Below, one piece after another: positions 1 through 7,478 of a stretch of 32,000 nucleotides of DNA. The DNA is taken from contig CP149973.1 of the NCBI GenBank assembly GCA_029269845.2, positions 570,001-602,000 of the forward strand, given 5' to 3'. The notes below the pieces were generated by a model. It worked only from the letters and a program-made list of their open reading frames with translations, did not search any database and had not been told where the DNA came from. Position 1 is the first letter of the stretch, and each line of letters opens with the position of its first letter. The DNA is from Opitutia bacterium KCR 482. GTDB taxonomy: Bacteria > Verrucomicrobiota > Verrucomicrobiia > Opitutales > Intestinicryptomonadaceae. A program made the position numbers and the translations under genes.

Positions 1-1
1 C

Positions 2-457
2 CTTGCGCTCAACGACCTCGTTTTCAAGGACGTCAGGCTCGACGGAATCTCGAAGTTCGCGATTTTCGCAGACAAGGAGTTCATCGCAACCTATGCGGGC
101 GACGGTCTGATTTTTTCGACGCCCACGGGTTCGACCGCATACAACCTTTCGGCGGGCGGCCCGATTATCCACCCCAAGGGAAGGGTTTTCGCGATGACGC
201 CCATCTGCCCCCACACGCTCTCGAACAGAAGCCTCATCTACGACTACGGCGCGCAGATAAAAATCGAATGCGTAAGCGGCGAAAGCGCGCTAATCGCCGA
301 CGGCAAAAAAGTGGCAACCCTCACGCAGGGCTCGTCGGTGGAAATCAGCATGCCGTCGAACACGATACGCTTCGTGCGCCTGCGCGGGCACTCGCATTTC
401 GCGATTTTAAGAAGCAAGCTCGGCTGGGCGGAAGACCCCCGAAAGTACGAAAGATGA
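2..457 (+). CDS. nadK: NAD(+) kinase, C-terminal part (5' end lies outside the window)
   Basis: The frame is open from the window edge. The translation ...YAGDGLIFSTPTGSTAYNLSAGGPIIHP...ICPHTLSNRS... carries the conserved NAD-kinase GDG and TPTGSTAY motifs. The TGA stop is at 455-457. Confidence 0.9.
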   Translation, partial: LALNDLVFKDVRLDGISKFAIFADKEFIATYAGDGLIFSTPTGSTAYNLSAGGPIIHPKGRVFAMTPICPHTLSNRSLIYDYGAQIKIECVSGESALIADGKKVATLTQGSSVEISMPSNTIRFVRLRGHSHFAILRSKLGWAEDPRKYER

Positions 458-789
458 ACAGGGACGCAACCGACACTGCTAAACGCAAACGCACGGCGAT
501 ACGCCTTGCGTTTGCGGCGGCGTTCGCGCTCGAAGCCGCATGGCTTTTCTTTGCGGACTTCGGGTCGGACATTCCGTGCTTTGCGTCGCAAATCTCGGCG
601 GGAATAGACGCGCTAATCGCCGCCGCGCTCGCGGCGGGCTTCCGCCCGTCGAACTTCGCGGTTTTCAAAACGTTCGCGTTCGCGGGATTTTTCGCGTACG
701 CGTGGTACTCGCTGGGAACTTCGCCCGAATGCGCGGCGGCGGCGGCAGTCTCGGCGGCATTGGGGCTTGCGGTCTACACAATTTTATAA
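454..789 (+). CDS. small hypothetical integral membrane protein (111 aa, 3-4 predicted hydrophobic helices)
   Basis: The ATG at 454 overlaps the nadK stop (ATGA). The product MNRDATDTAKRKRTAIRLAFAAAFALEAAWLFF... has a basic N-terminus followed by Ala/Phe-rich hydrophobic segments. I recognise no family. The longer ORF-track start at 268 would overlap nadK by 190 nt and is unlikely. Confidence 0.55.
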   Translation: MNRDATDTAKRKRTAIRLAFAAAFALEAAWLFFADFGSDIPCFASQISAGIDALIAAALAAGFRPSNFAVFKTFAFAGFFAYAWYSLGTSPECAAAAAVSAALGLAVYTIL

Positions 790-801
790 AGGAGAGACAA
801 A

Positions 802-2199
802 ATGGAATCGGCGCAAAAGAAAGTCGGAATCTTCGAAAAAATCAAACGCTACGCCACGAAAACGATATGGGAAAAGGACATATCGGCAATGGGAGTCAAG
901 GGGAAGGCGGTCGCGTTTCTGCGCGTGCTTATCTCGACGGTCGGCGGAATTTTCGGAAAGCGCGTGCTCGTGCAGGCGTCGTCGCTTTCGTACGCGACGC
1001 TGCTTGCAATAGGCCCGATGCTCGCGATAGTGATTATGTTCGCGGGAATGTTTTTCAGGGAAAACAAAAACGCCGTCTACGAAAAAATCATGGACGCCGC
1101 GACATTCGTAATGCCCGCGTTCAACCAAATACAGCAAAACGCCGACGGGCAAAGCTCCGGAATCAACCCCGAAATAATCGGCTTTATCGACAACATCTCG
1201 AAGGCGGGCGCAAAGGCGGGGGCAATCGGCATGCTCGCAATGCTCGCAACCTGCCTGCTGCTTTGCGTCAACGCCGAAAACGCGTTCAACTTCATCTGGG
1301 GAATAAAAAAGGGGCGCAAGTGGATTAACAGAATCGTGTTCTACTTCTCCATGATTTTCTTCGGGTCGGTGGGAATGATTTTCGGAATGACATTCTTCAC
1401 GACGTCGCAAATGCCGAAATTTCTTGGCGACCTCCCCTTCGTGGCGCAATACCTCACGGGATACGCGTCGTGGATTACATACATTCTGGGGCTTGGAATC
1501 ATCACCTGCGTGCTGGCGGCGTTCTACAAATTCATTCCGCCGACGCGCGTGAAATGGAAGCCCGCGTTCGTGGGAGCAATCGTGATAATGTGCCTGCTTG
1601 TGCTCAACAACAAAGGCTCGTTCCTCTACATAAGCTACATCGCAAAACAGCAGAGCTTCTACGGATATTTGGCGATTGTCGCCGTGGCGATGTTCAGCCT
1701 CTACATTTTCTGGACGATGATTCTCGTCGGCTGCCTGATTACATACTCGGTGCAGTACGTCGATTTCCTCTCCGACGACGACGCATGGAACAAAATGGGA
1801 GACAGGGCGAAAAAAATCTGCGCGCTTGCGGCGTTCGTGGAAATAGAGAGGTCGTTCTACGCGGGCGCGGCGCACTCGCCGACGATAGAGACGCTGCTGG
1901 GCGCGCTTAAAATGCCGAAGTCGGCGGTGATTGCAAGCGTAGACTGGCTCGCGGAAAAAGAGCTGGTCTGCGAGGCGGGCGAAGTCAACGACTCCGACAA
2001 CATCTACTTCAAACCGGCCGTAGACCCCGAACATATCACCGTCGCGCAGTTCTTCGCAAAGCTCGGCAAAAACGACGGCGACGACGACATCATAGCCCAC
2101 ATCTGCGCGAGAGAAAACCCCGTGTGCTCGGTGCTGAAATCCTACGAGGGCTTCTCGGCGGGCGACGGCTCGAAAAACCTCAAACAAATAATTTTGTAA
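802..2199 (+). CDS. YihY/BrkB-family inner membrane protein with an extra ~145-aa soluble C-terminal domain
   Basis: An AGGAG Shine-Dalgarno sequence lies 7 nt upstream of the ATG. The segments SLSYATLLAIGPMLAIVIMF, NAFNFIWGIKKGRKWINRIVFYF and YGYLAIVAVAMFSLYIFWTMILVG parallel the E. coli YihY conserved blocks. Residues ~320-465 have no YihY counterpart. Confidence 0.8.
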   Translation: MESAQKKVGIFEKIKRYATKTIWEKDISAMGVKGKAVAFLRVLISTVGGIFGKRVLVQASSLSYATLLAIGPMLAIVIMFAGMFFRENKNAVYEKIMDAATFVMPAFNQIQQNADGQSSGINPEIIGFIDNISKAGAKAGAIGMLAMLATCLLLCVNAENAFNFIWGIKKGRKWINRIVFYFSMIFFGSVGMIFGMTFFTTSQMPKFLGDLPFVAQYLTGYASWITYILGLGIITCVLAAFYKFIPPTRVKWKPAFVGAIVIMCLLVLNNKGSFLYISYIAKQQSFYGYLAIVAVAMFSLYIFWTMILVGCLITYSVQYVDFLSDDDAWNKMGDRAKKICALAAFVEIERSFYAGAAHSPTIETLLGALKMPKSAVIASVDWLAEKELVCEAGEVNDSDNIYFKPAVDPEHITVAQFFAKLGKNDGDDDIIAHICARENPVCSVLKSYEGFSAGDGSKNLKQIIL

Positions 2200-2834
2200 T
2201 GGACATCTTCCAATTCAGAAACGAATACCTCAAAGGCGGGCTGGAACGCTCCGACCTCGACGACAACCCGTTCAAACAGTTCGAAAAGTGGTTCAACCAC
2301 GCCGTCGAGTGCAAGGTCAAAGAGCCTAACGCAATGGCGGTCTCGACCGTGGACGAAAACGGCGCGCCGACTTCGCGCGTGGTTCTGCTGAAATCGTGGG
2401 ACGAAAAGGGATTCGTATTCTACACCAACTACCACAGCAAAAAGGCGGCGGACTTGGAGAAAAACCCCCGCGTCTGCGCCCTCTTCGTCTGGCTCGACCT
2501 TGAACGCCAGCTGAGAATCAACGGACGCGCGGAGAAAGTCTCCACGGCGGAATCGCTGCGCTACTTCCTGTCGCGCCCGTTCGGGAGCAGACTGGGCGCG
2601 TGGGTGTCGCACCAGAGCAGCATAATAACGTCGCGCTCGCTGCTCGAAATGCAGTTCGACAAAATGAAGCGCAAATTCGCAGACGGGAAAATTCCCCTGC
2701 CCGACTTCTGGGGCGGATTCAGAATCGTCCCCGAATATTTCGAGTTTTGGCAGGGGCGCGAAAACCGCCTGCACGACAGGTTCGCATACCAAAAGAACGG
2801 CGAAAACTGGGATATCTCGCGCCTCGCGCCGTAG
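2199..2834 (+). CDS. pdxH: pyridoxamine/pyridoxine 5'-phosphate oxidase
   Basis: The ATG at 2199 overlaps the yihY stop (TAATG). The product of 211 aa contains ...VVLLKSWDEKGFVFYTNYHSKKA...FEFWQGRENRLHDRF...SRLAP, which matches typical PdxH including the C-terminal RLAP. Confidence 0.92.
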   Translation: MDIFQFRNEYLKGGLERSDLDDNPFKQFEKWFNHAVECKVKEPNAMAVSTVDENGAPTSRVVLLKSWDEKGFVFYTNYHSKKAADLEKNPRVCALFVWLDLERQLRINGRAEKVSTAESLRYFLSRPFGSRLGAWVSHQSSIITSRSLLEMQFDKMKRKFADGKIPLPDFWGGFRIVPEYFEFWQGRENRLHDRFAYQKNGENWDISRLAP

Positions 2835-2875
2835 CCGCGCCGCAAAAAATATTCCCGCAGACGCCATAATATTGC

Positions 2876-2904
2876 TTGTAAAAAAGGCGCGGGCACTCTA
2901 TAAT
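2876..2904 (+). promoter_or_regulatory. candidate sigma70-type promoter for the SDR gene (TTGTAA, 17 nt spacer, TATAAT)
   Basis: TTGTAA lies at 2876-2881 and TATAAT at 2899-2904 with exactly 17 nt between them, 48 nt upstream of the ATG at 2952. Caveat: CCCGCA (2854-2859) can pair with TGCGGG (2906-2911), which is followed by T7. The same region could therefore be an unusual large-loop terminator for pdxH. Confidence 0.3.
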
Positions 2905-2951
2905 ATGCGGGTTTTTTTATAAAAGTCATTTCCCCAAAAAAAGGAACACAT

Positions 2952-3731
2952 ATGAAACGGTTTGAAAACAAGGTAGTGCTCGTAACGGGCGCAAGCAAAA
3001 ACACGGGAGTGGGAATTGCCGCACTCTTCATCAGGGAGGGCGCAAAAGTCTGCATCTGCGGCTCGTCGGAAAAGAGCACCGCGCACGGCGGACAGCTTCT
3101 CAGAGACATGGGCTACGACGGCTTCGTCGAAATCCCCTGCGATATTTCCGACCTCAAACAGGTAGAGCACATGTTCGCCGTTATCCGCGAAAAATTCGGC
3201 AGGCTCGATATCCTCGTAAACAACGCCTGCAACCAGGGCATCGGCGCGCCGTTCGAGGAAATGGAGCCCGACTTCTTCCTGACGGTCATCAAGACAAACA
3301 TGCTGGGCACCTTCCAAGTGTCGCAACAGGCGGTCAAGATTATGATGCAGCAGGAAAGCAGGGGCGTAATCGTAAACCTCGGCTCGAACGTCTCGATGAG
3401 GGCAATCCGCAACCGCACGGCGTACGTTGCAAGCAAGGGCGGAGTGGACGCGCTCACGCGCTCGATGGCGGTAGACCTCGGCCCGAAGGGAATCCGCGTA
3501 AACGAAGTCGCCCCCGGCTACATCTACACCGACCGCTGGGACAAGCTCGACGAAAGCGTAATGAAACGCCGCCGCCTCAACACGCCCATCGGCAAAGAGG
3601 CTACTGCCGACGACATCGCGCAGGCTGTCGCGTTTCTCGCCTCCGACGCCTCGAAGAACATCGCGGGCGAAAGACTCGTGGTTGACGCGGGTTGCAGCGC
3701 GCAGCACATGCCAATCGACGTCGACTGCTAA
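2952..3731 (+). CDS. short-chain dehydrogenase/reductase (SDR) family oxidoreductase
   Basis: The product has a VVLVTGASKNTGVGIA Rossmann glycine motif, NNA, and the catalytic YVASKGG (YxxxK) motif. It is 259 aa long. An AGGAA sequence lies upstream of the ATG. Confidence 0.88.
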   Translation: MKRFENKVVLVTGASKNTGVGIAALFIREGAKVCICGSSEKSTAHGGQLLRDMGYDGFVEIPCDISDLKQVEHMFAVIREKFGRLDILVNNACNQGIGAPFEEMEPDFFLTVIKTNMLGTFQVSQQAVKIMMQQESRGVIVNLGSNVSMRAIRNRTAYVASKGGVDALTRSMAVDLGPKGIRVNEVAPGYIYTDRWDKLDESVMKRRRLNTPIGKEATADDIAQAVAFLASDASKNIAGERLVVDAGCSAQHMPIDVDC

Positions 3732-3748
3732 CTTTTGCAAAAAACGAA

Positions 3749-3779
3749 ACGGCACGGAATCTTCCCGCGCCGTTTTTTA
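3749..3779 (+). terminator. probable intrinsic terminator after the SDR gene
   Basis: CGGC (3750-3753) pairs with GCCG (3769-3772), with an inner GGAA/TTCC pairing. The hairpin is followed by T6 (3773-3778). Confidence 0.5.
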
Positions 3780-3832
3780 GTTTTCGGGAAACGCCGTAAA
3801 AGAACAGACAGAAACAGAAAATAGGAGAAACC

Positions 3833-4726
3833 ATGAAAAACAAGTTGCCGATATTTTTGACCGCCGCCGCGCTTTTGTGCGCATGCGCGTCGGCAGAAAA
3901 GACGCCCGAAGTCAAAAAGCCCGTGCTTGCGGCGGATATTCTCGACCCCGACGAATACGTTTTGGACGAAAGGTTCAGCGACGAATTCGAGTCGGACAAG
4001 CTCGACTCCGAAAAATGGTTCGATTTCTACCCGACGTGGACGGGGCGCGAAGGGGTCTTCCACTTCTCGCGCAACAACGTATCCGTCGAAGACGGCAAGC
4101 TTGCGCTTACGGCGAAAATTCCCGACGAGTCGGAAGTGCCGCCCGAAATGAAAGCGGAGGGCAAACAGGGCTACTCGACGGCGGAGGTGCGAAGCAAAAC
4201 GCGCGTGCTCTACGGCTACTTCGAGCTGAAATTCAAGACGATGAACGCGACAGTCTGCAACGCGTTCTGGCTCAACGACCCCGTTGACCCGCCGAAAAAA
4301 TACAAACCCGGGGACAAGACTGAGGAAATCGACATTTTCGAAATCTTCGGAAAAAACACCGACCCGAAATATAAAGTGGCGGGACACTACTTCATGACGA
4401 CGCACGTCGCCGACACGCCCTATGTGGAGTCGAAAGTGTGGCTCGGCAGAAAGGTTAGCGGCGAAAAGCCCGTCGTGCCCGAAAAATTCGCCGAGGGCTA
4501 CAACGTTGCGGGGCTTCTTTGGACGCCCGAAAAACTCGTGTGGACGCTCAACGGCAGGGTAATGCGCGAGATGAAAAACGAGAATTTCCACCGCCCGCTC
4601 TATTTGAACATAGACTGCGAAATCATGAAGTACTGGGGGGGATTCCCATCGCCCGACGACCTCCCCGCAAAATTCAAAATAGAGTACGTCCGCGTCTGGC
4701 GGAAAAAGCCCGATTCTAAAAAATAG
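3833..4726 (+). CDS. glycoside hydrolase family 16 lipoprotein (beta-glycanase; substrate not assignable)
   Basis: An AGGAG Shine-Dalgarno sequence is present. The signal peptide MKNKLPIFLTAAALLCAC is lipobox-like. The GH16 catalytic motif E-I-D-I-F-E is encoded at 4325-4342, and an AFWL motif lies upstream of it. Confidence 0.85.
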   Translation: MKNKLPIFLTAAALLCACASAEKTPEVKKPVLAADILDPDEYVLDERFSDEFESDKLDSEKWFDFYPTWTGREGVFHFSRNNVSVEDGKLALTAKIPDESEVPPEMKAEGKQGYSTAEVRSKTRVLYGYFELKFKTMNATVCNAFWLNDPVDPPKKYKPGDKTEEIDIFEIFGKNTDPKYKVAGHYFMTTHVADTPYVESKVWLGRKVSGEKPVVPEKFAEGYNVAGLLWTPEKLVWTLNGRVMREMKNENFHRPLYLNIDCEIMKYWGGFPSPDDLPAKFKIEYVRVWRKKPDSKK

Positions 4727-4773
4727 GCTCGCATTTTCGCGAAAAATCGGGAGACTTTAAATTTCACAATCGC

Positions 4774-4857
4774 GCTCGGATGGCGAAATAGGTAGACGCA
4801 TCGGCTTTAGGCGCCGGTGTCCGAAAGGACGTAGGAGTTCGAGTCTCCTTCCGAGCA
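4774..4857 (+). tRNA. tRNA-Leu (anticodon UAG), class II with a long variable arm; CCA not encoded
   Basis: I folded this by hand. The acceptor stem is GCTCGGA/TCCGAGC. The D stem is GCG/CGC with a GG-containing loop. The anticodon stem is TCGGC/GCCGG and the loop TTTAGGC carries TAG at 4808-4810. The variable arm is GTCC-GAAA-GGAC. The T arm is AGGAG-TTCGAGT-CTCCT. The discriminator is A4857. Confidence 0.93.
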
Positions 4858-4902
4858 TTTTCCGCTTTTTGCGCGACACTTTTCCGTCGGGATACTGTCG
4901 AA

Positions 4903-6357
4903 TTGTTTGTGGGAAAATTAAGAAAAATACTCGCCCTGATTTTTGCGTCGCTGAGCGCGTTCTTCGCGGTTGTCGCGCTCAAAAATTCAGGGAGAGAGAG
5001 CGGCAGGCAGTGCTGCGAACCGCTCTGCGCCTACGAATGGGGCGCGGACGCGGAGGCTGCGGCGCGGCGGGCGGGCAGGCTCGTGTTTTTGAGGTCGGAG
5101 AACGCGCCAAAACCGCAGAGCGAAACCGCCGATTTGCTGAAAGAACGCTACGTCTGCGCCGAAATTTCGCGCGACAAATTCCCAGCCGACTTCGCAATTT
5201 TGGACAACCTTCTCCAATCGGCGACAAACCGCAAACTTTCGTTCGAAGCGGGAATTTTCTCGCCGAACCTCGCGCCGATTTACATTTCGGCGAAAGCGTC
5301 CACAGCCGACGGCAGGCTGTCGCCGAACTTCGAAAACGCGCTCTCTGCGGCGGCGGCGAAATTCGAAAACAACCCCGAACGCCTGAAATCGGGCGCAAGG
5401 GCGGCGGCGCGGATTGCCGACGCACCGAGCGACTTCGCCCTGCCGCGCGACGTTGTGGGCGTGCGCGGCTCGCTCGGCTTCATCGACGCCGAAAGCGCAA
5501 GGCTTTTCATATTCTTCAACAACCCGCGCACGCTCGGCGCGGACGCGGCGGTAATTTCGGAAAACGCGCGGCTTGCGTCGAGAATCTGCGGCGCGGATTT
5601 CAGACAGCTCGGCGCGAGGACGGCGTCGGTCGCGGCGGTCGAAATGCTGTGTACGCGCCTCGCCTCGAAGAACGCCGACATGTGCTCGAAGCTCCTGTTC
5701 CTGCGGGCGTTGGGAGAGTCGGAACTTGCCGCAAAAAACGGAAAGCTCGGCGCGTTTTTCGTCCACTGCGCAAATGGAATGCCCGCCGCAAAACGCGTAC
5801 GCGACGCCGCGCTTTCCGTGCCCGTGCTGCTGCGCGCCTACGAGCTTTCGGGCAAAAGCGAATTTCTGAAACGCGCCGAAGACACCGCCGCAAAGCTCGC
5901 CGCCGCCCTGCCGCCGCGCGGGCTAATGCCCGCGGTCTTCGGCGAAAAGTCGGAGGCGTCTGCGCTGGAATACGTGCTGTGCGCGCGCGCGTTTTTCGAG
6001 ATGTCCAAGCTCGACAAGAAGTGGGACGGCGCAATGCGCTCCGCCCTCGACGGGCTTGACAGGCACTTCATGACCGACCTCGGCGTGTGGTCGGTAAACG
6101 CGAAAAATTCGGCGTTCGCCAAGATGTCGCGTACCATTTTCACGCGCGACGCAAGCCTGCCGTCGTATGTGGGAGAGGCGGCGCAGCTCCTCGCCGAGAC
6201 GGGCGACACAGAGTCTCCCGCGGCGCGTAAGCTTCAAAAGCTCGCGCTTTCCGCGGCGGCGTCCGCGCCGCTTACAAGCAACCAGTGGGCTTCGCTGAAA
6301 CTCTCGCTCCTGCCGTCGTTCGACGCGCGGAAGCGGAATTTTGCGGCGGCGCAATAG
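4903..6357 (+). CDS. membrane-anchored hypothetical protein, degenerate DUF255 (thioredoxin-like) N-domain plus Ala-rich helical C-domain
   Basis: There is no ATG start; candidates are TTG at 4903 or GTG at 4909. The N-terminal anchor is KILALIFASLSAFFAVVAL. The segment WGADAEAAARRAGRLVFLRSE...ADLLKERYVCAEISRDKFPADFAILDNL resembles, from memory, the YyaL/DUF255 block W..EAF.KAK.E.KPV.....LLNE.FV.IKVDREERPDVD but lacks the CxxC. Confidence 0.6.
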   Translation: MFVGKLRKILALIFASLSAFFAVVALKNSGRESGRQCCEPLCAYEWGADAEAAARRAGRLVFLRSENAPKPQSETADLLKERYVCAEISRDKFPADFAILDNLLQSATNRKLSFEAGIFSPNLAPIYISAKASTADGRLSPNFENALSAAAAKFENNPERLKSGARAAARIADAPSDFALPRDVVGVRGSLGFIDAESARLFIFFNNPRTLGADAAVISENARLASRICGADFRQLGARTASVAAVEMLCTRLASKNADMCSKLLFLRALGESELAAKNGKLGAFFVHCANGMPAAKRVRDAALSVPVLLRAYELSGKSEFLKRAEDTAAKLAAALPPRGLMPAVFGEKSEASALEYVLCARAFFEMSKLDKKWDGAMRSALDGLDRHFMTDLGVWSVNAKNSAFAKMSRTIFTRDASLPSYVGEAAQLLAETGDTESPAARKLQKLALSAAASAPLTSNQWASLKLSLLPSFDARKRNFAAAQ

Positions 6358-6358
6358 C

Positions 6359-7477
6359 TCAGGAAAGCATTTTCACCCTGCGCTCGTTGCGCGGAATGGA
6401 AACCGAAACGACAGTCCCCACGCCGACCTTGCTCGAAATGTCGATGTGCCCGCCGTGGGCGCGGACGATTGAATTTATAATCATCATGCCCAAGCCGTGC
6501 CCGTTCGGCTTTGTCGTGAAATAGGGCTGGAAGATTTTGGAAAGCTCGTCTCCGCTCATGCCGCAGCCGCTGTCGGCAAACGAAATTTTCACGAAATCGT
6601 CGTCGCTCGAAGCGTCAATGCGCACAGAGCCGCCCTGCTCCATCGACTCCATCGCGTTTTTGAGAATGTTGAAGTAGAGCTGCTTCAGCAGGTTTTCGTC
6701 GGCGCATACGGCAGGCAGGGCGTTTTCGGAATTTATATCGACGGAAACGCCGCGGTTGACGAATTCCTCGTTCAAAATTTTCAGCGTTTCGGCGAGCGGC
6801 TTGATTGGGTCGCATTCCGCCATATTCGGGCGCATCGGGCGGAGGGCTTTGAGGAAGTTTTCTATGATTCCGTCGAGCCGCGCAACTTCCGAAGCGCAGA
6901 TTTCGACAGATTCGGAAATGTTGCCGAGGGCATCGGGCGCGATTTTGTCGGAGAGCTTTGCGAGCCTGCGCTTTATCAGCTGCAAGTGGATATTTATCGA
7001 GTTTAGCGGGTTGCCAAGCTCGTGCGCGACGCCCGACGCCAAATGCAGAACCGAGGCTATTTTTTCGCTTTCAATGCGCTCCTCGGTAGAGCGTCTGTCC
7101 TGCGTGATGTCGTTTAGAATCAGCGCGTAGGTGTCGAACTCTCCGCCGAAATTGAAGGGAATAATCTGGGCGTTGAGCACGCGCGTTTCGGGATACGAAA
7201 TTTCGAATTCGCGCAGAACGGTTTTGTCGCCCCGCGCGACCTCCTCGACGGACTCCTCCATTCCCGGGAGGAGCTTGAAGACCGACGGGCGCGTTTCGCC
7301 GAGACCGAGAATGTTCTCCGCAAAGCTGTTGGCAAACTGGATTTCGCCGTTGGCGTCGACAACGATTATCGCCGAGCGGATTGCGTTGAAGACGGTCTCA
7401 ATCCGCGTGAGGTCGCGCGCAAGGCGCTTGTTCTTGCGGATTAGTTTGCCGAGTGTTTCCTTGTCGGCGGCGTCCAT
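6359..7477 (-). CDS. cytoplasmic PAS-domain sensor histidine kinase (HisKA + HATPase_c), no adjacent response regulator
   Basis: The H-box is SGVAHELGNPLNSI. The N-box is FNILKNAMESM. The G-boxes are DSGCGM and GHGLGMMIINSIVRAHGG. A PAS-like N-terminal region (IIVVDANGEIQFANSFAENILG) is present. There is no transmembrane segment. Confidence 0.9.
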   Translation of the reverse strand: MDAADKETLGKLIRKNKRLARDLTRIETVFNAIRSAIIVVDANGEIQFANSFAENILGLGETRPSVFKLLPGMEESVEEVARGDKTVLREFEISYPETRVLNAQIIPFNFGGEFDTYALILNDITQDRRSTEERIESEKIASVLHLASGVAHELGNPLNSINIHLQLIKRRLAKLSDKIAPDALGNISESVEICASEVARLDGIIENFLKALRPMRPNMAECDPIKPLAETLKILNEEFVNRGVSVDINSENALPAVCADENLLKQLYFNILKNAMESMEQGGSVRIDASSDDDFVKISFADSGCGMSGDELSKIFQPYFTTKPNGHGLGMMIINSIVRAHGGHIDISSKVGVGTVVSVSIPRNERRVKMLS

Positions 7478-7478
7478 G

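Noticed and set aside
784-2187. Very long antisense ORFs lie opposite most genes. Examples are 784-2187(-) versus yihY, 7131-8768(+) versus the kinase and hisD, 8834-10294(+) versus polB, 13735-15189(-) versus murA, 17360-18730(+) versus GH10 and 23400-24662(-) versus the rlmD-like gene.
   Set aside because: Their codon boundaries are exactly in register with the sense codons (same coordinate modulo 3). They stay open simply because the sense genes avoid TTA, CTA and TCA. The products are Arg/Val/His-rich low-complexity sequences with no motifs, whereas the sense strands carry unambiguous conserved domains.
4635-4641. A G7 homopolymer lies inside the GH16 coding sequence (K-Y-W-G-G-F). I considered it as a slipped-strand phase-variation tract.
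   Set aside because: Seven residues is below the length usually associated with phase variation. The tract encodes the conserved-looking WGG, and there is no evidence of a frameshifted variant.
4734-4745. A perfect 12-bp palindrome, TTTTCGCGAAAA, lies between GH16 and tRNA-Leu. I considered it as an operator or terminator.
   Set aside because: It cannot form a hairpin with a viable loop, has no flanking U-tract context and appears once. It is not enough to call a binding site.
4869-6059. There are same-strand off-frame ORFs with extremely Arg-rich products. Examples are 4869-6059, 540-1328, 16923-17972, 23711-24754, 25242-25736 and 29046-29513.
   Set aside because: This is the typical frame-shifted reading of GC-rich coding DNA (CGN/GCN repeats). 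None has a start context or domain, and each is fully covered by a well-supported gene in another frame.
4774-6357. I considered tRNA-Leu as an integration hotspot with the downstream gene as island cargo.
   Set aside because: There is no integrase, no direct repeat of the tRNA 3' end (only an 8-mer, GAGTCTCC, recurs near 6221) and no visible compositional break.
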